This document shows, in pieces, positions 45,659 through 57,949 of a DNA stretch of 64,000 bases. The translations under genes were made by a program, and so were the position numbers. The first letter of the stretch is position 1, and every line of letters begins with the position of its first letter. The stretch is from Azolla caroliniana (Eukaryota > Plantae > Polypodiophyta). Below the pieces are notes generated by a model. That model saw only the letters and a program-made list of their open reading frames with translations. It made no database searches and was not told the origin of the DNA. The stretch lies in NCBI GenBank assembly GCA_043228905.1, contig JBHGNT010000015.1, positions 11,842,001 to 11,906,000 of the forward strand. The letters run 5' to 3'.

Positions 45659-46768
45659 GTCAACCGACATATCCGAATCTGTGAATCCTTCAAGTTGGGG
45701 TTTCCCTGAACCAAATCGAAGGCACATACTGGATGTGCCTTTCAAGCACCGAAGTATCCACTTGACCGCTATCCAATGTTCTCTTCCTTGATTGCTCATG
45801 AATCGACTGACCACGCCAACTGCATATCCGATATCCGACCAGGTACACACCATTGCGTACATCAGGCATCCGACTACGGAGGCATATGGCACCTTCATCA
45901 TCTCCAACTTCTCCGTCTTTGTCTTCAGACTTGGTTTTCCGGACAACTTGCAATTTTCCAGAAGTGTCAATCCGACCGGCTTTGCATCCGTCATATTGAA
46001 CTGTTGGAGCACCTTTGTCACGTACTTCTCCTGTGACCACCACAATAGCTTCTTCGTCCGGTTCCGGACAATGTGCATCCCTAGTGTCAGTCTTGCCGGA
46101 CCCGCATCTTTCATTAAGAAGGTCCAGTTCAAGGACTTCTTAAGATTCCCAATTTTGGTTTGGTTCGGTCCGACGATCAGCATGTCATCCACATATAGCA
46201 GGAGTATCAGGAAGTCTCCTCCATCAAAATTCTTCACAAATTCACAGTGGTTGGCCTGCATCTTGTGGTATCCTTGATCGGTCATGAAGGAGTCGAACTT
46301 CTGGTACCATTTCCAGGGAGTTTTCTTCAGTCCGTATAAGCTCTTCTTCAACCGACATACCAGGTGCTCCTTCCCTTTCTTGACAAACCCCTTCGGTTGT
46401 TGCATGTAGATCTCTTCTTCGAGGTCACCATGTGGGAACACCGTCTTAACGTCTAGTTGCTCTACCTCGAGGTCCATGCTTGCTACAATGCTCAACACAG
46501 TCTGGATGAATATCAACACAGTCTGGAAATCTCCGGGGGGGCTCTTCTCTCCCTAAGAGGATATCTTCTTCTCCCTTGATTCTTGACCACCGGTTCCTCC
46601 ATTTGTTCTTCATCCGAATCCAATTCAAGGTCTTCTCTAGTTTCGGTTTCCGATTCTTCTTCTTCTTCGATCGGTTCGGTTTCTTTTCCGACTACGGCCT
46701 GTTCTTCGAGTGTCATCCGGCCAGTCCTTGTATCTTCTGACCGATTCGTGTCAGTCGAGTTGGAGTGC
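45659..46768 (-). pseudogene. pol: Tnt1/Tork-like copia RT fragment
   Basis: QLDVKTVFPHGDLEEEIYMQQP, LLLYVDDML, KVPYASVVGCLMYAM. Confidence 0.88.
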
Positions 46769-48582
46769 TGTTGAGATACAAACTCAACATTGGCCGGATC
46801 GACTATGCAAGCCGAGAATTGGATTGGTTGGGATCAATCGATTAGGCCGGACCGGTGCATAAACCTGGTGCATAAACCGGTGCGCAACGAGAAGCCGTAG
46901 CGGTGAGTAAACCGCGAGGCCGTTGGAAAGATATTCCGCGTAGGAATATATTTTGAGAGTTAGTGTAGAGCTCATTTATGGGAATTGAAGTACGTGTCAG
47001 TACTTCTGTCACTCTGTATGGACTTGTATAAAAGTGCTCACTGAGCACATCCTATGTACAGATTGAGTATTATTTTTTAATTTAGTTTTTTTTGCATTCC
47101 CTCTCTCTGTCTGTCTCTCCCACGTACTGTGTATATTCAAGCTCTCCATTAAACCTGCATTTCTATGTTCGGTTTTCTATCGCTTCCGCACGCTATTCTT
47201 TTTACATGGTATTAGAGCGCGAGGGTTGAGAACCTCTGCAACTGACCTTAGCTCAAGAAGAAAGCCTAACCTTCGTAAAGAATAGGAAAATCAAAATGGA
47301 TAGAGGCATGGCTAGCTCGCTTCCAAAAGAGAAGCTCGACAGAAACAACTACGCGTCTTGGTCTTACAAGATGCACCAGTACCTGCTCGGGCACAGTTAC
47401 TGGAGCTACATCGACAGAGCAAATGACACAACACCCGATTCCAAACACAAAGACTTCCCGGCTTGGGAACAGTCGGCAAGCAGAGTTCTCTATTGCTTTG
47501 CGTCTTGTGTGGGCGAACAGCTTCTGAGCTATATTTGGGATGCGAAAACGCCGAAGGATGCTTGAGGGAATCTGAAGAAGGTTTTCGATGCAAGCACCAC
47601 AGCTAGGAAGCTTCAACTCTGACAAGAGCTGAGCAACTTATGACAACGCGACTTGTAGGTGGCTAATTACACCTCGAAGATCAAAGAGATATGCGACTCC
47701 TTAGCCTCTATCGATGTGAACATCGAGGAAGGGGGACTGGCTTTGAAGTTCGAAGCGTTCCGAACTGCTGTCTGTACATAGGAGAATATGCCGTTGTTTT
47801 TCGACCTACAGTCGATGCTCCTTATAGAGGAGAACCACACGGGTGCGTCGACGAGCACACACACCGATAGCAAGATGCTATACACAGAGGGAGATAGGCC
47901 CCGTGGTCGTTGCAGACGAGGCGAGTTGGTGCGCAATGGAGGTGGCCGACGGGATCAAGGAAGAAGGCACCGAAGTGATGCCGACAACAATTCTAGACGC
48001 TCTGTAAACAGGGGGAGTGGAGGCGACGAGAACCGACAAGGGAAATCCGTTGCGGAATGTTGGTACTGTGGCAAGAAAGGCCACAAGGGGAGCGAGTGTT
48101 GGAAGAAGCATGCCAATTCAGAGAGGACCGGATCTGGATCATTTTCCAGATAAACCGACAAGGGTAATCGGTAGCGATCGCACTACGCCGAAGGATCCGG
48201 AAAAGCCGAAAAAGGGTCAGCCTTCGTGACGAGACACGAAGCAAACTCGATGAAGAGGTCCACCCTGAAATCGGATGAGGTGTGGTACGTCGACTCCGGC
48301 GCATCAAACCACATGATGTGCCACAAGGAGTGGTTCTTATACCTTGAGAAACTGATGCAACCGGGAGTAGTTGCAATCGGAGATGACACTCCGCATCTGA
48401 TCGTGAATGTCGGTGAAGTTCCCCTAAGCCATGTCGGGTAGAAAGGGAAACTCATGAACATGTCCCAACAATTACGAAGAATCTGGTATCGGTAAGCTAG
48501 ATTGTAGATCAGGGGATGCAAGTCCGGTTCATGCATCTCGGGTGCTTCATCAAGGAAGAAGTCCAAGTTATTGTGCAAGGGC

Positions 48583-49138
48583 GTATGTGCATGTGCCGAA
48601 GGAGAAACGGAGGAAGTTGAACGCGAAAGCTGAGAAGTGTATCTTAGTCGGCTATTCTAACGAGTAGAAGGGTTATAAGTTGTAAAGAATCAATGGTGAT
48701 TCTTGTGAAGCGGAATAGGTGTGACCTGTGTGTGTGTGTGTGTGTGTATGAGATAGAGAGAGAGACACACACACACACACATAGAGTATACGCAAGATTG
48801 AGTATATTAACAAAGGAGAAAGACACAACAAAATACAAGGTGGGAGGAGGGTGCTTAGCATTGTGTATGTGCATGTGCCGAAGGAGAAACGGAGGAAGTT
48901 GAACGCGAAAGCTGAGAAGTGTATCTTAGTCGGCTATTCTAACGAGTAGAAGGGTTATAAGTTGTAAAGAATCAATGGTGATTCTTGTGAAGCGGAATAG
49001 GTGTGAACTGTGTGTGTGTGTGTGTGTGTATGAGATAGAGAGAGAGACACACACACACACACACAGAGTATACGCAAGATTGAGTATATTAACAAAGGAG
49101 AAAGACACAACAAAATACAAGGTGGGAGGAGGGTGCTT
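48583..49138. repeat. ~282-bp tandem duplication spanning the L/M insertion junction
   Basis: Units start at 48583 and 48865; each is an integrase piece plus the first ~175 bp of the M LTR. Confidence 0.9.
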
Positions 49139-52100
49139 TATATAGTCACCCTCTCTCTTCATTAACTACAAGACTCATGGAGCATGGGGAATGTGAAAGC
49201 TCATAAGTTATGTGTCATAGAATATGATTCTATGACTCATACTAAATGCTAGAATACAAAGAGGTGACATAATGGTGACTCTTGACCGTTGGAGTGTCTA
49301 TTCACTCTCAAGGTGAGTTCACACACTAGACCAAGTTGAGCTTGATTCTCAACACGCCCCCTCAAGCTCAAGTCGGGTCGGTTTCAGACGGTATCTGAAA
49401 TCCACTTCGACTCGCATTCTGGAATCCACGTCGACTCGTGTTGACTTGCATTTATGTAGAGTTGTGGAATCCGTGCTCCAACTTGCGTTGTGCGTAGTTG
49501 CGAAGTCTGTGCTTCGGCTTGCGTCTTTCTTTGCGGCTTTGCACGGTAGATCGGTTCTTCGCGGCTTCGTTGCGTGGTTGCGTAATCCACGCGTTCTTGC
49601 GTAGTGTGCGCAATACTCCCCCTCAAGCTTGGCAGGTCAGGGATCGTCAATCCGAGATCGGTCATGAATTGCCACAACTTGTCGGCTCCTAAGGCTTTAG
49701 TGAAGATGTCGGCCGTTTGAAGATTTGTGCTAATGTGTTGTAGGTCGACATCGCCAGCTAGAACGCGCTCTCAGATGAAGTGATAGTGCACTTCGATGTG
49801 CTTTGTCCGCGCGTGGAACACCGGGTTCTGAGCCAGATAGATATTGCTCATGTTGTCACAGTAAAGGGAAGTCGGATCCTTGATGGGTACGCCCAGATCC
49901 TTCAAAATCCTCTTGAGCCATATGGCTTCACACACAGCTACAGTTGCGCCCCTGTATTCCGCCTCCGTACTCGAAAGAGCGACAGTAGGCTGCTTCTTGC
50001 TACTCCAGGATATTGCTCCGTTGCCGAGGGAGAAAAAAATTCCGGAGGTTGATCTTCTATTGGCTTTGTAGCCGGCCCAGTCGGCGTCTGTGTACCCCTC
50101 GAGTCGTATTGGCATCGTGGTCTTGTAGAGGATGCTGCAATCCATTGTGCCGCTCACGTATCGTAGAACTCGGTGAGCGCAATCCAAGTGAGTATCATGC
50201 GGTGTTTGCGTAAATTGGCTAAGGAGACCGACCGGATAACTGAGATCGGGTCGTGTGATCATGAGGTAGATGAGACTCCCGATGAGTTGCCGATACTGAG
50301 TTGGCTCACACGCTTTGGTGCCAGAGTTCGCATCGAGTTTGAGATTGCGATCGAGCGGGGTTGCCGCGGATTTGCACTCAGCCATCCCGAACTTGTATAA
50401 CAAGTTGAGGATGTAGTGCCATTTAGAGATCATGATTCCGGCCGGAGTTTGAATTACCTCGATGCCGAGGCAGTAGTGGAGCTCCTTCATGTCCGTCATC
50501 TCGAACTTGTCGGAAAGGAGGGATTTGACCTTATTGATTTCGACGAGATGCTCACCTCCAAGGACTAGGTCATCCACATATAAGATGATGACGATCAGAC
50601 TTGCGGAATCGCTTCGTATGTAGAGGGAGTTGTCCGATTTTAACATATGGAAGCCGATTTGATGAAGATATTGCGTTATCTTCGAATGGCAAGCACGCGG
50701 GGCTTGCTTGAGGCCATAGAGTGGCTTCTTGAGTCGGCAAATAGCTTTCGGATGGGTGCTCGAGTTGAAGCTGGGTGGTTGGATCATGTACACCTCCTCT
50801 TCTAATTTTCCTTCTAGAAAGGCGTTCTTGACGTCCATTTGATGGAGGTGCCACCCTTTCGCCATGACAATCGCAATTACGGTTTGCACTGTCGTCATCT
50901 TTGCCACCGGGGCAAAGGTCTCTTCGTAGTCGACGCCATGCGTCTGAGCGTATCCTTTTGCTACGAGTCGAGCTTTGTAGCAGTTTACGGAGCCATTGGT
51001 GTTATACTTCACCTTGTAGATCCATCTGCATCCGATCGCTTGTTTGTGTGGTGAGGTGGGAACGAGATCCCACGTCTCGTTCTTCTATAGTGCCTGCGGC
51101 TTCCGAAAAGGTTTCCGGCTCCTGTACTGTCGCTACCTTCATCATAAAGGCGTAACGGTACGCCATATAATCGTTGTAGCCGAATCGGCTTACGGGGTTC
51201 TTTTCACGGGTGGATCGGCGGAGCTTTTCATTTGCAGAGATGAGGGCTTTCTTAGCTCTGATTGGTACCTCGAAACCGGCGAACTCACTGTCGAGTGAGT
51301 GAGTCGACTCATCGTCGTTGAAGCGATCATCTTCGTATTCCGACATTTTCGCCTTGCCTTTGTCCATCTTCGGGCTAGGTCGTGATGTGCTTTGATCGCT
51401 CAAAGGCTCTTGTGGTCCGCTCAATTGGGTCGTGATCGGACTTTCTTCGAACATGCGCGTAAGGCGATCTTTATCCTCGATCTCTTGTTCGGCGAATTCC
51501 GGGTCGAGCGGAGTCGGAGTTGGAGTTATCTCTGGTGCGTATGAGGATGCGTACTCGTCAAAAACGACGTCTCGACTTACTCGAGATTTTCGAGTTGAAG
51601 GGTTGTAGCACTTGTACCCCTTTTGCTCCAATGAGTATCCTACGAGGATACATTTCTCCGACTTCGGGTCAAGCTTTTGACGCTTCTCGTCGGGGATGTG
51701 CACGTACGCTATCACTCTGAATATGCGGATGTGCGATAAGTCCGGCTTCTTTCCGAAGTATTTTTCGTGCGGAGTGACCTCGTGCACACCGGATGTTGTG
51801 CACCGGTTCATTAGGTAGACAGTCGTATTTGCAGCTTCGGCCCAATATGACTTGGGCATATGCTTCTCATTCATCATGGCCCGCGCTACTTCGAGGATGT
51901 GCCGATTTTTGCACTCAGCTACCCCATTTTGTTGTGGAATGTGTCGGCAAGTGAATTCTCGCCAAATTCCTTCCTTTTGGAGATACGCCGTGAAGTCATC
52001 CAAGAAGTACTCCTTGCCGCCATCCGATCGAAGACAACGTACATGTCGGCCCGTGGCTTTCTCGACTTCATTCTTGAAAGTTTGGAAGTGTTCGAACACT

Positions 52101-54088
52101 TCGCTCTTTTGCTGCATCGGGTAGATCCAAGTGTGCCTAGAGAAGTCGTCGATGAAGAGCACGTAATATCGGCATCCGCCGAATGTAGCCGTCCGCGCCG
52201 GTCCCCATACGTTGGAATGAACTACGTCGAGTAGACCTTTGCTCACGTTCTGCTTTTTCGGGAATGGGTGTCGGTGTTGCTTGCCGAATTGGCACACTTC
52301 GCATACACCTTCAATCTCCTTCTCTTTGAATGTTGGGAGTCCGATGACAACTCCTTTTGATTTCATTGCTTTGAGTTTTTGGAGATTTATATGGCCAATC
52401 CGCTTGTGCCATAACTCTATGTCGGAGTCGACTTTCGTGCTTTTCGCGAACATGGCGGATTTCATCTCGAGTGAATCAAGAATGAACATCCGGCCCTCTC
52501 TTCTTCGGCGTGCGATGATTTGGCCTTCTTTTTCGATGAAGCACCCTTCTTGGTCGAATCGTACTTGCATCCCTTGCTCAACCATTTGGCCGACCGAGAC
52601 CAAATTCTTCGTGATGGTGGGAACATGCAAGTCATTTTTAATGTATGTTTGCTTACCTCTTTCGCCAAATGGAACATTGCCGATGTGCCGAATCGGGTGC
52701 GTAGTGTCATCTCCGGTTTCGACATAACGGGGTCGCTCTGGCTCTCGAAGTTCGAGAAACCATTCTTTATGGGATGTCATATGGTTTGAGGCTCCAGAGT
52801 CAACAAACCATACATCCTCCGGATTGAGGGCACTAGTTGAGGTAGAGGCCGACATAGAGTTTGCTCTATGTTTCATCATGAACATTCCGCCACGGTTGGA
52901 GTTGCCTGCATACATTCCGCCACGATCTTCGTAGTTGGAGTTGTTTCTGTACATTCTGCTATACTCTTCGTAGTTGGAATTGTGCGCGTAATTCGTCAGT
53001 TGTTGGCTTGTGTAAGCCGATTCACGCATCTTCTTTCGGCACTCTTCTTCGTGGTGGCCGAGCTTTCCACAATATCCGCATTCGGTTGCGTTTTGACGGC
53101 TCGGGCCGGAGTGGAAGCTCCCCCTTCTTGTGAAGGTTCCTCATTGGCTTCCGTTTTGCAGCCGAAATTGGGAGTTGTTATCGTAGATCGGACCTCGTCT
53201 GCCTTGTCCTTGGCCGAATCAGCCTCTTGACTGTCTGCGTCCTCTTCCTCCATTCGAGTGCATGTAGAGCATGTGGCCTTCCGACTCATTGCTCCTTGTA
53301 CGCACGTGGTTTTCTTCGACCAATAGCATTGATTGGAGCTCGAAGAAGGAGGGAGATTTCTCCCGTGCTAGAACAACGGTTCACATCGAGCTGAACCGTG
53401 GTGCGAGGCAGCCGAGGCATATTTGAACCATCTCATCATCATCGATATTTACGCTTATTGAGCCGTGCGAATCGCAAAGCTCCTTGATCTTAGAGGTGTA
53501 TGTCGTAATGGACATGTCCCTTTGTTGAATGTTGTTCAACTCTTGGCGGAGTTGAAGCCTTCTTGCGGTTGTGTTTGCCGCGAAAATCTTTCGTAGATTT
53601 TCCCATGCCTCCTTCGGCGTCTTGGCTTTGCGAATGTAGCCGAGCATGTGATCGTGAACACATGTCGCCAAGCAATACATCATGCGGCTTGCGGCTTGCT
53701 CCCATGTCGCGTATCTGGGAGCCGCTTCATCGGGTCGGTCTTCATGTGCTCCTTTGATGTAGCTCCAATAGCCTTGTCCGACAAGGTACTCCCAAGATGC
53801 GAAGTTGTTTCGATCCAACTTCTCGGTAGGGAGAGCACTCCCCATTTGAGTATTCATTATGTCGATTCTTCTTCTTCTTCTTCTCTCTTCGAATGTGAGC
53901 TATGTAGCGAAGCTATGATAGCGATGAGCCGGTTCTTAGTCGTTGGCGTGGAGCACAACACACGATCACGATGAGGCGAATGGGCTAGATCGAGCTACCA
54001 AATCGCTCTGATACCATGTAAAGAATTAATGTTGATTCTTGTGAAGCGGAATAGGTGTGAACTCTGTGTGTGTGTGTGTGTATGAGAT

Positions 54089-54140
<52 letters not shown>

Positions 54141-54426
54141 TATACGCAAGGTTGAGTATATTAACAAAGGAGAAAGACACAACAAAATACAAGGTGGGAG
54201 GAGGGTGCTTTATATAGTCACCCTCTCTCTTCATTAACTACAAGACTCATGGAGCATGGGGAATGTGAAAGCTCATAAGTTATGTGTCATAGAATATGAT
54301 TCTATGACTCATACTAAATGCTAGAATACAAAGAGGTGACATAATGGTGACTCTTGACCGTTGGAGTGTCTATTCACTCTCAAGGTGAGTTCACACACTA
54401 GAACAAGTTTAGCTTGATTCTCAACA
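48963..54426 (-). mobile_element. Copia element M, full-length, mildly decayed, nested in the integrase of L
   Basis: LTRs 48963-49354 and 54017-54426; PBS 54005-54016; TSD TAAGT/TAAGT. Confidence 0.95.
49600..53857 (-). pseudogene. gag-pol: gag-pol of M in several frames
   Basis: ORFs 53381-53857 (gag), 51002-53029 (PR-INT), 49771-51012 (RT-RNaseH). Confidence 0.93.
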
Positions 54427-55900
54427 TAAGTGTTATAACCCCCGAACCAAACAAGCTCGCGTAAGTCGCGATGTTGTGTTTGACGAGTCTGCGTCTTGGT
54501 ACTTGCCTCCGACTCCGGACCTCAACTCCAATCCGAGCTCTGACAATGAGGTCAGTGAGGCTGAAGTGCTTACGGATGAGGGTGAAATCAGGACCCTCGA
54601 AGAGAGTCCGATCTCGTTTCGGTTAAGTGGACTGAACGGACGACTGAGTCGGTTTGACCAGTCCGAAGAAGAGCCGGCGAGTAGTGGAGACTCGGCCGTG
54701 CATTCCCCGTGTAGGAAGCCGAGGAGACGGCTTACGCGCAAGGAAAAAGGGAAGAAGAAGGTGTCAGATTATGGCATGGATAGGAATGAGTTGGATCAAC
54801 GTGAGTCCGACTCCGATGGAAGTGATGACGGACCTTCGAGAGCGAAGTCCGCGTCGGCCAAGAAAGCCTCAACATCGGCTAATGAGAAATTATGCCGATC
54901 TACCCACCAGAAGAATCTTGTTGTGCGGTTCAGATATAATGAGTACATGGCGCATCACTATGCGTACATGACCTGTGAAGCGGAAGTGTGTGAACCAGAG
55001 AGCTACGCAGAAGCGACGAAGGACGCGAATCAACGTGCCGCAATGGAGGAAGAGATGTGTGCATTGGCGGAAAATGAAACCTGGGACCTGGTTGACGCAC
55101 CGAGGTGTGAAGCCGATCGGATGTAGGTGGGTGTACAAGGTCAAGTACAACATTGATGGCTCAGTCCACCGATACAAGGCCCGGTTAGTAGCAAAAGGCT
55201 ACGTGCAGAAACACGGCATCGACTACGATGAGACGTTTGCACCAGTCGCGAAGATGACGACCGTCCGCATTTTGCTCGCAATAGTTGCAACGAAGGGGTG
55301 GCACTTACATCAGATGGATGTGAAGAATGTGTTCCTGCAAGGTGAGCTTGAGGAACAGGTGTACATGGTACAACCCCCCGGATTTCACACCGAAACGAAC
55401 ACTTCGGCAGTGTGCCGGTTGAAGAAGTCCCTTTATGGACTAAAGCAAGCCCCGCGTGCCTGGAACGCGAAGATCGTGCAACGATTGCGTCAGATGGGTT
55501 TTGCAACATAAAAATCAGACTCCTCACTGTTCATTTGGAAAGGTCGACTCGAGCCAGTTAGTATTTTACTTTATGTTGATGACTTGGTCATCACCGGCCC
55601 CAACCTAGGTGAGATTGACCGCGTGAAGCTCCAGCTTGCGGCATCATTCGACATGAAGGATCTAGGGGACCTTCATTACTTCTTGGGGATCGAAGTGATC
55701 CGCACCCCTGAAGGCATACTAATCAGCCAACGACATTACCTGCTGAGTATGCTTTTCAAATTCGGGATGGCCGACTGTAAGTCCGTCTCGACTCCTTTGG
55801 ATAGAACCGTCAAGCTTCGGCCCGGCCCCCAATTCCGGAAAGGTATGCAATCCGACGAGGTTCAGGAGCTCAAATTCGCCTGATGAGCAGACAAGCCAAC

Positions 55901-56334
55901 TGTTAACTCTTAGGGCCGGACAATGGTCTAACACAGGGTGTCTACGGAAGACAGTTCACCAAAGGGTGTTACGGCAACCGGATTAGACTCAACGCTTAAC
56001 CCGACTTAATCAAGTTACTTAGCATGATCGTCTTTCATAATCACACGCGTAAGATATAACAATTAAGACCGAACGGAAATTAACACAGATAGATAACAAC
56101 GCTAAGCTTTTATTAATTAACCGCTATTGATTACATTGTATCCGGCCTTTAAATAGGTTTCCGGTCTGTATTACAAAACGGTGCCATCCGCACCTGTTCG
56201 GGATCAGTCCGGATCCGGAACGGCATACCGATTCCGGTCCGTCCGTCCACACTCATAGCTTAATTACAACCACATTCCTACTACTTAAATAACTCTCCGT
56301 TTCCCACTCTGGACTCCTTTGCCGGCCGGTAACA
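55901..56334. mobile_element. Solo LTR, distant relative of 10313-10797
   Basis: TGTTA..TAACA ends; TSD CCAAC/CCGAC. Confidence 0.85.
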
Positions 56335-56800
56335 CCGACCAAGGAGGTCGAGGTGCACACTACCGGACAGGTCGCGCGAAGCAGAACCGGACCGGACGAG
56401 GAGCGCGAGCAAGGCGGGAGGACGTCAAAAGGAGCCGAAGGAAAGGACCGGCTACTACAGACACTGATACCATGATCCGACCTCAAGTTGAGCTTGAGGG
56501 GGAGTGTTGAGCGAGAAAGCTCAACCAGATTGGAGAGCCAGATCAATGTCCGGATGATATCCGGAACTAGGAGCCGTATCGGAGACCCCGATCAGGTTGA
56601 AACCAGTAGGCCGTTAGAGGCCTACGGATCCATCCTAGTACGTAGGCATATTTTGGGGAGTCAATGATAGTTGCTCATGTGAGCATTGAAGTACCTGTCA
56701 GTACTTCTGTTAGTCCTTTATGGACTTGTATAAAAGTTCTCTTTGAGCACATTCTATAAACAGAGTTATAGAGTATTATTTTGAATCGAGTTTATGTTCT

Positions 56801-56844
<44 letters not shown>

Positions 56845-56961
56845 CCACACGTATTCTCTGTGTTAAGTTCTCCATTAAACCTTTTCTCATTTCTTGTTGC
56901 TATCCAGCTGAGCTGGTTTGTCGAACACTTCTGCATGCTAACTTTTACAATTTTCTATTTT

Positions 56962-57360
56962 CTAAGGATGAGCGAATCATGGTAGTGTTGGGGGCTGAAG
57001 CAGTGTTTTATGAGGGGAGAGGACAACATATTCACTCTGTTTTTGTTTATACAGGACTTTGGTGGTAAACGAACAGACGGCTGATGTGGAAAACGAAGAA
57101 TATTGTTTATTTTGATAAAGGATGAGCACGATGGTGTTGGGGGAAGACACGGAATTTCATGAGGGGATCAAGAGAGTAGTGTCAGTATGTTGTTTGGTAT
57201 GTATAGGACTTTGTTATTCTACGGCAAGATGGTTGATGTGGACGTTGATGGTAATCAGAGACATGTTGGTTGGGGAAAAGGAAGCATATTCTCTTTGTTT
57301 GATAAGGATGAGTGATGATGTTGTTGGGGGCTGAAGCATACTTTCATGAGGGGACGAGGA
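56962..57360. repeat. Three diverged ~155-185-bp tandem units of unknown origin
   Basis: AAGGATGAG..GTTGGGGG..ATGAGGGGA recurs at ~56964, ~57118, ~57304. Confidence 0.65.
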
Positions 57361-57949
57361 CAGAAGAATCATTTTCTTTTGCAAGTGATTATTGTATTCA
57401 GTGAAATATATTCCGAATTCTGCAATTCAGAACTTCAACGCAATGCAAGTAAAGTATAAGCCACAGATTGTGGAAACGATGTTAAATCAAATATGTTAAA
57501 TGAGGCAAAAACGGAAGAAGACAAAAAAGAATTGGGGGAACTTCATGTGGACATTTGGGTACACACATGTTGAAGAAAACAGCTACATGGGTATCATGGA
57601 AAGTTTGGTGTCTACAAATGCAGCAACTGATGTAGGTGCTGAAGTATAGAAATTTGCCAAGCGTGTTGAAGGGATTCTTGTGTGGAGAATTCAAGTCAAG
57701 CTTATCCTTCTGAAAGTAACGTTAGGGAACATTTTGTGGATAATCCATTCCTTCCACAACATAGAGAATTCTTCAGCTAATTCAAATGCACCAACATGTG
57801 TTGATTGTTTAATGGAAGAAGGTGAGGATGAATCGTCCTCCAAAAGGGGTTTTTGCTAGACGCTCATTACATGTAGGATGGCCAATGTCATTCTTTTTAG
57901 CCTTTCACTCTACGTCTTTGTGGTTTCAAGGTTTGTTATAGGTCATCAT

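Larger units (their letters stand above)
46769..56949 (+). mobile_element. Copia element L (deleted, probably chimeric): 5' LTR 46769-47206, gag from 47296, INT/RT 54432-55860, 3' LTR 56505-56949
   Basis: PBS TGGTATTAGAGC 47207-47218; PPT before 56505; LTRs dissimilar and no TSD. Confidence 0.75.

Noticed and set aside
55880-55900. Second hammerhead (CTGATGAG)
   Set aside because: No stem II or GAAA follows; it lies in the copia tail region.
56461-56472. Reverse PBS-like ACACTGATACCA near L's PPT
   Set aside because: No LTR follows it, and the homologous regions in E and F lack it.
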